Source: Schmidtea polychroa (taxonomy: Eukaryota). From it: a DNA stretch of 64,000 nt. Shown here piece by piece: positions 1 through 10,959 of this stretch (position 1 is the first letter of the stretch; every line of letters begins with the position of its first letter). The notes under the pieces were generated by a model. The model made no database searches. It was given only the letters and a program-made list of their open reading frames with translations, and was not told the origin of the DNA. Location: NCBI GenBank assembly GCA_044892525.1, contig CM097885.1, forward strand, positions 34,412,001-34,476,000, in the 5' to 3' direction. The position numbers and the translations under genes were made by a program.

Positions 1-19
1 TCACTATAATGCTGGTAAA

Positions 20-454
20 ATGACAACTTCAAACGATTCGTCTACTCAAATGGCTCATAATATATTTCCATACCAAACCGTATCGCCTGTCGCTCGTTCA
101 TTATCCAGAATGAATTACACTACACCAACCCAAACCATCGTGCCACAATTTCAGGTTGCTCTTTATGGAAATAATCCACAACTAATTCGCTATAATCAAC
201 CGCAAAACCTTTCTCCTGTCAATTATCTCGTTTATAGTCCTGTCATGATCAACGGAATGTACAATCATCTCCTTCCTAATCGAATATTTCCAATTGGTCC
301 CACAGCAGACATTCCAGCAGCTAATCTAACACAACAATTCGCTCATCCTTTTAATCATTGCACAATTAATAACAATCACATTTCAGTGCCCAATAGTCAA
401 CCATATTTTACCGATTCTATCAGTAACAATGCCAACGGTTCTCATATCAGATGA
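20..454 (+). CDS. Low-complexity N/P/Q/Y-rich ORF; possible host exon, function unknown
   Basis: 144-aa ORF, less AT-rich than the flank; no recognisable domain. Confidence 0.2.
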   Translation: MTTSNDSSTQMAHNIFPYQTVSPVARSLSRMNYTTPTQTIVPQFQVALYGNNPQLIRYNQPQNLSPVNYLVYSPVMINGMYNHLLPNRIFPIGPTADIPAANLTQQFAHPFNHCTINNNHISVPNSQPYFTDSISNNANGSHIR

Positions 455-2820
455 AATTTGACAAATTACTGGTTTATCTTTCTTTTGAATTTGCAATTCG
501 TTACTGAAAAATATCCAAATCTTGTTAACCGACTATAAGCAAAATATTTTTTACCAAAATTCATAAATCAAAACTCAATAAAAATTCCACTATTCTTTGT
601 TTTTCTTTCTGTTTATTTTTCTTTAGGCTTTCATACACGATTAGATATTGTATAATAAACATGAGTGATGGAATTATTACTATTATAACAAATTCTATTA
701 TCTTCTGTTAGCCTTTCTGAATACAGTTGTTGGTAGCAGATGATAGTTATTCATTTTCATTATCGGTTATTAATAATGATATTTCAATGTCAATATGAAA
801 TTAATTTGAAATATTACTATTAATAATTTAATTATTAGTTATTTGTAATGATCTATTTCTTGTTTATATTTCGTCGAAAGCTTCAATCAAGGTTTTATTG
901 TAAACACTTCATAGAAATCAGACTGAAATTTTTATTCTTGGTAAATGAATTTTGCCATGCTTTTCATTTTAATGCTTCTTCATAATAGAAACTTGTTAAG
1001 AAAAATTGCAAAATGGAAAATAATCGGAATTTATTTAGTGGTTTGTTGTCATTTTATATGCATATTGTTGTGGATGAATTAATTGTTTCTTTTTTTGTTA
1101 TTTAAGATGCGTGAATATTTACAATGTTAGATTTATTGAAATTATTATTTGTGATAGATTGATTCTACTAGTTTTAGTAAAGTTTGGTTGGATGCGCTTT
1201 ATTGTTATTTATATTGAAGTTATTTTTTATTCGGTCAATAGATAATTAATGTATTGGTTTATTTTTATTCGAATTCGAATTTCTAGTTTGTCATGCGAAT
1301 CGAGTGTTCACTTGTGCTTGTTTCATTTGTTGCAATAATTGTAGGGTTTTTGGATTTTTTTATTATTCATAATTTGTTTTATATGCACCACTTTTGATGT
1401 TGGAAACTAGGTTACATTTAATAATGAAGAATTTCTATTTTGTACATGATGATGACAATCAACAAGTTGTATGAAGCGCTTTATTATTATGACAAGTAAT
1501 ACTTATAATGTATTTCATTGAACTTTGAGACCGCAAAATATAATTCAATTGTTTTCGTGCTGTTTTATTATATTTAATTAATTTGTTATTTGAGCATCTT
1601 TTACTACATTTTAACCGATGAAAAATTAGTTTTAACAAAAATTAAAAGAAATAAACTTATTTCACTAGAATTCAATATTGTCGAGTTATTACTTTGGAAC
1701 TACTTGTAATTTGTGCGTTCATTATTATATATAAATATATTTTAGACATGAGGATTATTGTATATTTATGCTGTTTCTAAAATTGGATGACAAATACATC
1801 ACAATTCTATTAGGTAAAAAATTCAACGTTTTCTAGATCAGAATGAGAAGCTCGACGCAATGAGTCTTATTTTTATTACATAATCTTTTTACTACGAATC
1901 CAATCTCTAATTTTCGCATTTTCGATGAGTTGCTTCTACTTTTTATGGATTGGTTGGACTTTTCTTAAAGAAAATTAAAAAATTGTGGATTTAATTGAAT
2001 ATCAAATTGTTAATTTTTTTAAATTAATTTTGGATTATTATCTTTGGATACTATGAATATTTGGATTTGGGAAATAATATTTATTTTTGTAAAAGTTTTA
2101 CCACAAATTTCAATTGGGTTATCGTTAGCAGATCTTAACTTCAAATTTCTATAGGTCAATTAAAAATAACCAATTTTTTTAAAAATATTATCGATAACAC
2201 TTATCTTAGCTCCTGTGCCTAAAAGACATACTATTTTTACTTTATTTATCATTACAGCGACACTCGCTCTTCCTTGCAATTTATCATATAATATTACGTA
2301 ATTTTATTCACATTTGAAAACACTTATTTTATTTAAATAATTAAATTTATTTGAATATTCCTTAAATAATTCATCCATACAATACTTATCAATCAATATA
2401 TTTTATAAGTTGTGAAAAAGAAAAAAAATTGAATATCAGCTTAAACACAAAATCAATTTATTAAAAAAGTTTTTTTAAAAATTAATTTTTATTAATATAA
2501 TCCAACGGTTCTTAAACGTGGGTCGTGGGACCATTTTTTCTTGGGTCACGGAGCATTTTGACAAATTGAGGCAAATTTAATATTCTTTGAAAAATTTTTA
2601 CATTTCAAGCGAACTTTAGCTTAAAATTTGCTTTATAAGAAAATTCTTATGACTATTAACCAAAAATAGAATTTAATGATCATTCAGAAGAAAGTTTAAA
2701 AATTAAATTTGTTTATTCTTAAGAGTATTGTTTAAAATATTCAATTTAAAAAATTAATACAGAAATTTACATAATTTAAAAAACTGTATTATAACTTTCT
2801 ATTTAAAAAAATTATTAAAA

Positions 2821-3081
2821 TTGAAAAATTATATTCCTCATTATGAAAAGCATGAATATAAAGAAGAATATTTGGATTTGGGATTTACATATATAATTGT
2901 AAAAGGCGAATATAGGGCTCAATGTGTTTTATGTGGCACCATTTTAAGTGCCGAATCAATGAAACCAAATAAATTTCGAAGGCATTTTACGACAATGCAC
3001 AAAAATTTTAAATTTGACGAAAAAGATAAGAATTTCTTTAAATCACAAGAAAATTTTGTTGAGATCAGTAAATTCAAATAA
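2821..3081 (+). pseudogene. hAT/Buster transposase N-terminal BED zinc-finger remnant
   Basis: EEYLDLGFT..QCVLCGTILSAESMKPNKFRRHFTTMH; transposase-like NKRQRLDG resumes at ~19286, after the nested insertions. Confidence 0.8.
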
Positions 3082-4530
3082 AATTTAAATGAAATTTAGG
3101 TTGGTAATTTAAATAGAAAGTAAGTGAAGAAAAAAGACAAATAAAAGCGTGATCATGCACAGAATTGATAGTAAGGGAAAGTACGATGGAAGCAGTATTA
3201 GGAAATGGCAAAAGCAGTTACGAAAGTCAAAAATCCGGAAATCCGAGAAAAATCAATAAATTGTAAAATCATCGAAATCGAATTGGGAAAACGGGACAGG
3301 TATAGATTAGCTAATGGTCAACAAGATGATGATTAGGGATTTATCAGAAAATGGTTAGGAAGGGTCGAAAAGCATTCAAATGTGTAAAAACAGAAAACAT
3401 TAATTAATTAATTAATTAATTGGCTAATAGAAAACCCGAGCTAGTGGTAAACCCGAGTCAATGGAGAACCCGAGATATGAAGGAAACCCGAGCTGGATAA
3501 ACAAGAAGAAAAGTAAACAGAATGAAGATTTGGGCCCATTAGCTTGACACAATGATTAATTGGAAAAGAGCAAGGAGAAGATAGTGCGTGTAGAAAGGCC
3601 ATTAATTATCTTTGTTCAATGGACCATTATGGGTGACAGCCGAAGCATATGGGTGGAAGCAAATGTCAAGTGAGAGATTGGCTCGGCAAAGTAGTGTGGT
3701 TATAAACCCAACCAAAACAGCCCTCCCAACAAAACATGCCTCCAAATCACTTAAGCTATTAGAAAAACAACCTAAAACTTATACTTTTATAGTATTTTAA
3801 CCCTATATTTTGAAAACAACCACCCTTAATGACTCTAACTGTTTTAATCTTTAAAGCCTCAAACTCAAAAGCTTCAAACTAAAAACATAAAGAGAATAGA
3901 AAAGAAAATGGTATTATGAAAAAGTAAGAAGGCTACTTGAGGATGCCAACTAGCAAGTTGCTAATTGGCTAATTAAAAAAAATAAATGAAATCTTAATCT
4001 TGATGTCTTGAAGAATAAAAAATTTTATGAAAATAGTAAAACTGCTCTGAGAGGACAGTGGTATTTTTTTTTTTTTTTTTTCATTGTCCTCTCAACAGTT
4101 TTTTTGATCCGGATCATTTTTTTTTTATTCAACCTCTTTCGTTTATCAAATCTCTTCCAATATACAAGCTGGCCAGGCTCATAATCAGAATCAATTCGAT
4201 AATAGCAGCACACCTTATTATTCGCTTCTCGCTCGAATACGATTTCATCGGCGTTTTAAGTGTGCTGCTCGAAAGTACAAATGAATTCGAAAGTGAATTC
4301 GAAAGAGGTCCGAAAACAACTGAGAAATAAATGTGCACATTAAAGAATCGATCCGGGGGTGTTCGAAAGACAGGTGGCGATAATTACCGGTTCGCCACCA
4401 TCACCCGTTTCAATAATTTTTTTTTCATATTTATGTTTAAAAAATAAAATAAAATAAAATAAATAAAATAAAATATAAATCTAAGATACCCACACTATTA
4501 TTTTCAAATTTTTAATATTATTTTATGTTG

Positions 4531-4614
4531 AAAAAAAACTAACCACAGTTAGGATTTGAACCGCTATCCATTTGAACCACGGTGCCGGTCTATTCCCACT
4601 GCGCCATCAAGGTT
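4531..4614 (-). ncRNA. tRNA-like Pol III unit, outer copy, left TIR
   Basis: Minus strand: A box TGGCGCAGTGG, B box GGTTCAAATCC, AACC..GGTT closing stem, T8 terminator. Confidence 0.6.
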
Positions 4615-4764
4615 TGAATTTTTGTCATTTTTTTAATTTTTAATTTATAAAAAAAATAAAATAAAATAAAATAAATAAAATAAAATATACAAGTACTTTA
4701 TAAATATAAGATACCCACACTATTTTCAATATTATTTTCAAATTTTTAATATTATTTTATGTTG

Positions 4765-4847
4765 AAAAAAAACTAACCTCAGATGTGATTTGAACCACTA
4801 GCATTTTGAACCACTGTGTCAGTCTAGCCCACTGCGCTATTAAGGTT
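4765..4847 (-). ncRNA. tRNA-like Pol III unit, inner copy, left TIR
   Basis: Minus strand: A box TAGCGCAGTGG, B-box variant GGTTCAAATCA, AACCTTA/TGAGGTT stem, T8 terminator. Confidence 0.55.
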
Positions 4848-4954
4848 TGGATTTTTTGTCATTTTTTTAATTTTTAATTTATAAAAAATGAATAATATAA
4901 ATCTTAAAAAATAAAATGAAAACAGGGTATCCAATAAAAAATTTTTTTCTAAAA

Positions 4955-5020
4955 ATGAATTGTAATATTTGCAATAAAGTTTTTAAAAATAAAACTGGAT
5001 TAATTTCTCACTTAAAATGA
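4955..5020 (+). CDS. 21-aa upstream ORF, probably the frameshifted true N-terminus (zinc finger) of the polymerase
   Basis: MNCNICNKVFKNKTGLISHLK* overlaps the pol ATG (ATGA); one extra A gives C-x2-C-x12-H-x5-H. Confidence 0.6.
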   Translation: MNCNICNKVFKNKTGLISHLK

Positions 5021-8000
5021 AAGCTCATTTATTAAAAGAAAATAATCTTAATGATACAAATTCAAAACTTTGTCTTAAATGTAAAGGAAGATTTCTACAT
5101 TCTGGATATAATAAACATTTTGAAAATTGTATCGGGAAAAATAGAGAAATATTTACATGTCCTCATTGTAACTTTTCAACAAAACTAAATTTCTATTATT
5201 TAGAACATATAAAAGAATGTAAAAATAAAAAACAAAATTCTGACGATGAGGAATGTCATTCAGAAGGAGAACCTGATCATGTTGAAAGAGAAAATTATAA
5301 CTGGGATAATTTTAATCATATAGATGAATTTCAATTAAAAATTAATGGGCCTGCAACTCCTGGAGAATATATAAATAAAAATAAAAAAAATATTAAAAAT
5401 TCTTTCACTGAAGCTTTAAAAAATTATAAACCGACAAGGTATAATGTTATAAAATATAAAATTATAATCAAAGCAAAATACTGGCGAGGAGCAGAAGAAA
5501 AGACAACACCCTTAGATGTTGAAATTGGAATACCTTTTAAATATTTATTTTCAATTAAAGGATTTGATAAAACCATCAAAGAAATAATTAAAGCAGCAGA
5601 AGCAAAACAAGAGGAAGTAGAAAATGAATTAGGAGATTCAAACTTAGTATTCAACTCTTTCCAAACTTTAGTGATTGATTATTGGAGAGGATTACCACCC
5701 AATCCTAAATCTTATATTCCTACACCCTTTAAATCTAAAAATGTTATAAATGTACAGAATAATGATAACAAATGTTTCATCTGGTCAATACTTGCACATT
5801 TACATCCTCAAGCAACAAATCCCCAAAGAGTTTCAAAATACAAACAATATGAAAATGAATTAATATTTCCCAAAGGATTCAAACACCCAATGAAACTAGA
5901 AGACATTCCAGAATTTGAAAAATTAAATAATCTTAAACTTAATATTTATGAACATGTTATAGGGAAAGAAATTATTCCAATTTATATTTCAGATAGTGGA
6001 ACCAAGGATAACGGAGCACAGGACAACGAGATATATCTTTTAATCTTGGAACAACAAAATAATCAACATTATGTTTTAATAAAAAACTTTCAAGCTTTTA
6101 CATCTCCAGAGAATCCAACTAGTGGAGGAGGAACATGTAAAAGATGTCTTCATTATTCAACAACTAAAAACTCTATGATTAAACATACAAGATTTTGTGA
6201 AAAAGATGATCCAGCTTTAATTAAAATGCCTAATAATCCCAAGATGTATTTTAAAAACTTTTCAAATTTACTACAAACAGTTGGAGTTCTTTATGGTGAC
6301 TTTGAATCTATAAACCATAAACAAGATTTGGTTTATCAATATTTAAAAATAATAGAAAAAAATAAACTCATGGATTTATGGAACTCCTCAGGAGAGAAGA
6401 TGAAACCAGAGAGGATGAAAGCCTTTCTAAGAAAAAGAAATAAACCTAATAGTGTTAAAAAAACTAAACAATTACCATCTGCTTATAAATTATTATTTAA
6501 AAGTAATTATCCTGAACTCATAGAATCTAGAGAATATTCAATTCTAGGAGGTACCCATGAAGAAGTCTTGAATCATTTTACTAAAAATATAAATGATCTA
6601 GAACATGAAATATTTAAAATATTAAAAACAAAGTATCCTCAAAATATTTCTAATCAACAACAACAAGAATATGAAAATACTTCCAACTGTTGGATGTGTA
6701 AACAGAATATTCTTCCTGATGAAAAAGTTATAGATCATGATCATTTAAAAAAGGAAAATAATTATCGAGGAGCAGCTCATAAAAATTGCAATCTTAATTG
6801 CCATACTCCTAAATTTATACCTGTTATATTTCATAATCTTTTTGGATATGACATACATCTATTTATTAAACATTTAGCAGCAAATGCTAAAAACTCTTTC
6901 AAAGTTATCGGCTTAACAAAGGAAAAATATAAATCAGTTGAATATGGGAAATTAAAATTTATAGACTCGTTAAACTTTCTTCAAATGTCTCTAGATGCAG
7001 TAGCAAAAACAATGAAACCAGAAGATTTTAAAATCACTCGAGAATTCTTGGAAAAAAATAATATTCCTCTAGAAGAATATCCTACATGTTTAGCAAAAGG
7101 AATATATCCTTATGACTATGTTGACTCGTTTGAAAGACATAATGAAACAAGTCTTCCTAACAAAGAAGATTTCTTTTCAAACTTACTACAATCAGGGATT
7201 ACAGATCAAGAATATTCTCGAGCATTAAAAATGTGGGAATTATTCAAGTGTAAAACTTTAGGAGAATATACCAACATGTATTTATCCTTAGATGTTTATA
7301 TTCTAGCAGATTGCTTTGAAGAATTTACAAACTCTTTTGTTCTTAAACCTTATAATTATATAACTGCACCCTCTTTAGCTTGGGATACTATGTTATATAC
7401 CATTTGGACTTCAAATATAGAAGATGCTGATAAAATTATAGATCTTTTAACTAACCTCGATATGTTTAACCAAATTAAAACAAACATTAGAGGAGGAGTC
7501 TCTTCAGTAATGGGGAATAGAGAAATAAAAGCTAGAAATGCAATAATTACTAGCCGAAGACTATCTAAACACCCTGATGATCCATATATGAAAATTAACA
7601 ATGAGGAATTAAAAGAATTATTAGAAACAATGAAAAATCCTATATTTATACTTTATATAGATGCAACAGCTTTATATTCAGGAATTATGACTCAATATTT
7701 ACCAATGAGTGATTTCACTGAAATAGAGAACCTAACAGATGACCTTATGAAAGAAATACTTTCAACATCGAAAGATTCTCCAATAGGTTACTTTATAGAA
7801 TGTGACCTCGACTATCCAGATGATATAAAATCAGGAACAAGATATTTTCCTTTAGCTCCCATAAGAAGAAAGATTGATATCAACGAACTTTCTGAATGGC
7901 AAATCTCACAAGATAAACCTCCAACAATGAAACTTCTTTGTGATCAAACAGATCGAAGGTTTTATCTTTGTCACTATAGACTCCTCCAATTTTATCTCTC

Positions 8001-9234
8001 ACGAGGAATGATATTAAAAAAAGTTCATAGTGTCATAAGATTTAAACAAGCTCCATTCATGAAAGCTTTTATCGAGGAGAACATTAGGTGTCGAAACATT
8101 GCAAAAAGAGAAGGTAACCTTTTTAAAGATAATAATTATAAAATTTTAAACAATTCAGTATTTGGGAAAACAATGGAGAATGTTGATAAATATACTCATA
8201 TTGAACTCCTAACAAATACTACCAAAGATATTAAGCGTTATAATCGCATGCTAGGAAAGCCTACATTTAAAAACGCACAAGTATTTTCTGAAAATCTTAC
8301 TGCAGTAAAATTAAAAAATTATGAGAAAACATATAACAAACCAATATTTATAGGGTTTACAATTTTAGAACTTTCAAAATTACAAATGTATGAAACATAT
8401 TATAACATCTTACAACCTATATACGGAGCAAATATATCAATGCATGCAATGGATACAGATTCAATGTTTTTAACAATAAGAACTCATGATTTACAAAAAG
8501 ATATGAAAGAAAATCCTATACTTTCAAATTTAATAAATTCATCTGGAGAACTATTTTCGTTTAAAGATGAAAAACCTTTTACTCCTATAGAAAATGGAAT
8601 ATTTATTCGTGCTAAACAATATTCATACGAAACATTTAGAAACCCTGAATTTATAACTAGATCATTTATATTTAAAACTCCAGAAACAGAAGAAACCATT
8701 ACACATAGATATCCTATATTTCCTAAAGAAGAAAAACCTGTAAAGGATAACAGATGTAAAGGAATACAGAGAGTGGTTGCAAAGAATCTTTCTCATCAAG
8801 ATTATATAGATACATTGAATCCAAATCATAAAGATAAAATTGATGAAATACATCAACTTAAAAGTGAAAACCATGATATTCACTTGATAGAATCTCAAAA
8901 AGTATCATTATCAAATTATGATGATAAGAGATTCATACTAAGTGATTTAAAGACAACTCTACCTATTGGAAATAATTTAATCCCTATAATAAAAAATCTA
9001 GAAAAGTTGAATAAGTTATATGATACAAAGATTACTGATCTTGATATTTATAATGTTGAAATTATTTATCCCGAGAGAGAAATCGAGAAACCTTTATATT
9101 CTAAAGTTTTTAATCCTATATGTTTAGAACTTAAATATTTTAATGCTGATCCTGAATATATAAAAGGTCTAAGTGATAAAGAATTTAAAGATCATAAATT
9201 AATGATTCATAGGTTGGCTTTCAACCATAACTGA
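5017..9234 (+). CDS. Protein-primed family B DNA polymerase (pPolB) with N-terminal Zn fingers, Cys/His protease-like region and endonuclease VII-like insertion
   Basis: ExoI GDFES, ExoII FHNLFGYD, ExoIII YLSLD, PolA YIDATALY, PolB KILNNSVFGK, PolC DTDS; CWMC..DHDH..YRGAAHKNCN; NKCFIWS..HY. Confidence 0.95.
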   Translation: MKAHLLKENNLNDTNSKLCLKCKGRFLHSGYNKHFENCIGKNREIFTCPHCNFSTKLNFYYLEHIKECKNKKQNSDDEECHSEGEPDHVERENYNWDNFNHIDEFQLKINGPATPGEYINKNKKNIKNSFTEALKNYKPTRYNVIKYKIIIKAKYWRGAEEKTTPLDVEIGIPFKYLFSIKGFDKTIKEIIKAAEAKQEEVENELGDSNLVFNSFQTLVIDYWRGLPPNPKSYIPTPFKSKNVINVQNNDNKCFIWSILAHLHPQATNPQRVSKYKQYENELIFPKGFKHPMKLEDIPEFEKLNNLKLNIYEHVIGKEIIPIYISDSGTKDNGAQDNEIYLLILEQQNNQHYVLIKNFQAFTSPENPTSGGGTCKRCLHYSTTKNSMIKHTRFCEKDDPALIKMPNNPKMYFKNFSNLLQTVGVLYGDFESINHKQDLVYQYLKIIEKNKLMDLWNSSGEKMKPERMKAFLRKRNKPNSVKKTKQLPSAYKLLFKSNYPELIESREYSILGGTHEEVLNHFTKNINDLEHEIFKILKTKYPQNISNQQQQEYENTSNCWMCKQNILPDEKVIDHDHLKKENNYRGAAHKNCNLNCHTPKFIPVIFHNLFGYDIHLFIKHLAANAKNSFKVIGLTKEKYKSVEYGKLKFIDSLNFLQMSLDAVAKTMKPEDFKITREFLEKNNIPLEEYPTCLAKGIYPYDYVDSFERHNETSLPNKEDFFSNLLQSGITDQEYSRALKMWELFKCKTLGEYTNMYLSLDVYILADCFEEFTNSFVLKPYNYITAPSLAWDTMLYTIWTSNIEDADKIIDLLTNLDMFNQIKTNIRGGVSSVMGNREIKARNAIITSRRLSKHPDDPYMKINNEELKELLETMKNPIFILYIDATALYSGIMTQYLPMSDFTEIENLTDDLMKEILSTSKDSPIGYFIECDLDYPDDIKSGTRYFPLAPIRRKIDINELSEWQISQDKPPTMKLLCDQTDRRFYLCHYRLLQFYLSRGMILKKVHSVIRFKQAPFMKAFIEENIRCRNIAKREGNLFKDNNYKILNNSVFGKTMENVDKYTHIELLTNTTKDIKRYNRMLGKPTFKNAQVFSENLTAVKLKNYEKTYNKPIFIGFTILELSKLQMYETYYNILQPIYGANISMHAMDTDSMFLTIRTHDLQKDMKENPILSNLINSSGELFSFKDEKPFTPIENGIFIRAKQYSYETFRNPEFITRSFIFKTPETEETITHRYPIFPKEEKPVKDNRCKGIQRVVAKNLSHQDYIDTLNPNHKDKIDEIHQLKSENHDIHLIESQKVSLSNYDDKRFILSDLKTTLPIGNNLIPIIKNLEKLNKLYDTKITDLDIYNVEIIYPEREIEKPLYSKVFNPICLELKYFNADPEYIKGLSDKEFKDHKLMIHRLAFNHN

Positions 9235-9320
9235 AACCAACGATATTTAATAATAAAATGTCGACAATTAATTTAAGCAACTATAGCAACCTGATCTACT
9301 TTTTTAAAAATACACCCATT

Positions 9321-9917
9321 TTATAAGTAAGAATTCTTTAACCATTTTTCTCGAGATGTTTTTTTATTACTTATAACATTAGCCACCATGCCCTCCCTTT
9401 TTAATCTTATAACCTCATTCTTTATATCTTGTATTATTTGATTTGATTTCATTATTTCTTCGTCTGTCAGGATTCCATCTTCCAAAGCTTTTAATTGAAA
9501 TAAAAATAATTTAGAGATTCCTAATTCTATTGATAAACAAACTTCTCTATATAAACTTTTCTTTTTAGAAGTATAAGATAATGAAACTATTTCAGTTAAG
9601 AAACCATCAGCCACAGAAATACTTCCAAGTATTACAGGTGCAAGAGTAACAACTGGTAAAGTTATGGGTAAAATAACTGTTAATATTACAGATGCAAATC
9701 CTAAAGAATAACCTATAACTTTTAAAACTGTATTCCCTTTATTCCATCTATTTTTAATTTTTTTATAATGCTTTAATAAATCTTGTAAATGTAAGGTTTC
9801 TGATTTAAATTCTTTTACTCTCATAATTTCAAGTTCTGTGGGAGCCGAGGCCTTGGAAGAATAATATCCTGATGATCTCAATTCTGGGTAAATTTTTTCT
9901 TCTCTTACTTCTTCCAT
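9321..9917 (-). CDS. Polinton membrane protein (coiled coil plus hydrophobic hairpin)
   Basis: Hydrophobic stretch VIGYSLGFASVILTVILPITLPVVTLAPVILGSISV between helical regions; lies in the tightly packed gene array. Confidence 0.65.
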   Translation of the reverse strand: MEEVREEKIYPELRSSGYYSSKASAPTELEIMRVKEFKSETLHLQDLLKHYKKIKNRWNKGNTVLKVIGYSLGFASVILTVILPITLPVVTLAPVILGSISVADGFLTEIVSLSYTSKKKSLYREVCLSIELGISKLFLFQLKALEDGILTDEEIMKSNQIIQDIKNEVIRLKREGMVANVISNKKTSREKWLKNSYL

Positions 9918-9925
9918 TTTAATAA

Positions 9926-10318
9926 TTAAAAAAATAAGACTTTATTCTTCTGAGCACCATCTGGCACCAATACTCGGATATCAAAAGAAACTCTTGTTGA
10001 GAGGATATCTTTATACAATTCTCTCAATGCTTTACGAACTTCATCAACATCAACCTTTTTTTCATAAAATATTAAATCTATATATTGTACAAGTGAACTA
10101 GAAAAATGAATATTCTTACTTTTAACTTTATGTAGTCCATGTGAATGAGTATTAACATACCAATCTCCGTGTGGTAAATCATAACTAGTCATTATAACAT
10201 CACCCTTTTCAAGCTTACTATTATAATCACATTTCACAAACCATTTCATTCTTTCATTATCATCATCAAACAAAAAGAAATAAGGATCAATAATTTTTAC
10301 AACCATAAAACACCCCAT
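9926..10318 (-). CDS. Polinton hypothetical protein, possibly SH3-like
   Basis: KLEKGDVI..GDWY..GL pattern; fills the gap between its neighbours. Confidence 0.5.
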   Translation of the reverse strand: MGCFMVVKIIDPYFFLFDDDNERMKWFVKCDYNSKLEKGDVIMTSYDLPHGDWYVNTHSHGLHKVKSKNIHFSSSLVQYIDLIFYEKKVDVDEVRKALRELYKDILSTRVSFDIRVLVPDGAQKNKVLFF

Positions 10319-10935
10319 TCTTTACTGTTTGTTGTTATTAAACTTGGTTCTATAAAATGTTTATATGTATGGGGTAATAATGTTTTATTCTGTTCTAATT
10401 CAGCAGCTCTTTTTCTAATACTATGTGTGGTGTTAATGTGTGTTCCATGAGACTCTAAATTTGAAATTCTTTTATTAAATGATGTAATCATCTCATTTAT
10501 TATTTTATATATTGTATTAAATTTAGTATTCATAATTTGTTTATCTTTAGAATTTAATATAGCAGTATTTAACTTTACAACTTGTTCAGTTAACAGACTT
10601 TGTAACTTGTCAAATTTATCATTAAATCGTTGTTCGATATTATTAAGCTTTGATTCCATTGAATCAATTTTTGTTGTTAATGAACTTTCAATTCTTGTTG
10701 TTGTTAAATTAGTATATTTTTTAACACCATCTACATATTTCTTATTAACTGCATCAGCTTCATCAGTTGGAAAAGATAATTCTTTTATCTTGTGTCCATT
10801 TAAAATTAAATCACCCTTCATTGAATCACCTCTTTCATTAATATATTTATTTTCTGTTAAAGTTAATATTTCTTCTGTATTAAACCCTGTTTTTATTGTT
10901 CCACCACCTCTATTACATGGAATATAAGAACTCAT
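10297..10935 (-). CDS. Fibre/spike-like coiled-coil protein
   Basis: GDSMKGDLILNGHKIKEL..PTDEADAVNKKYVD (tail-fibre/adhesin neck-like motif) followed by a heptad coiled coil. Confidence 0.65.
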   Translation of the reverse strand: MSSYIPCNRGGGTIKTGFNTEEILTLTENKYINERGDSMKGDLILNGHKIKELSFPTDEADAVNKKYVDGVKKYTNLTTTRIESSLTTKIDSMESKLNNIEQRFNDKFDKLQSLLTEQVVKLNTAILNSKDKQIMNTKFNTIYKIINEMITSFNKRISNLESHGTHINTTHSIRKRAAELEQNKTLLPHTYKHFIEPSLITTNSKEWGVLWL

Positions 10936-10959
10936 TTATTAATAATTTAAAATGAATCT

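Larger units (their letters stand above)
3690..4870 (+). repeat. Polinton left TIR
   Basis: Reverse complement of 17641-18853 apart from a few substitutions and AT-microsatellite length. Confidence 0.95.

Noticed and set aside
4025..4338. Three overlapping ORFs in the TIR (mirrored at 18208-18518)
   Set aside because: They run through homopolymers (poly-F/poly-K), overlap in several frames and are duplicated only because the TIR is.
5424..8898. Short antisense ORFs within pol (and within other long ORFs)
   Set aside because: Shadow ORFs on the opposite strand of real genes.
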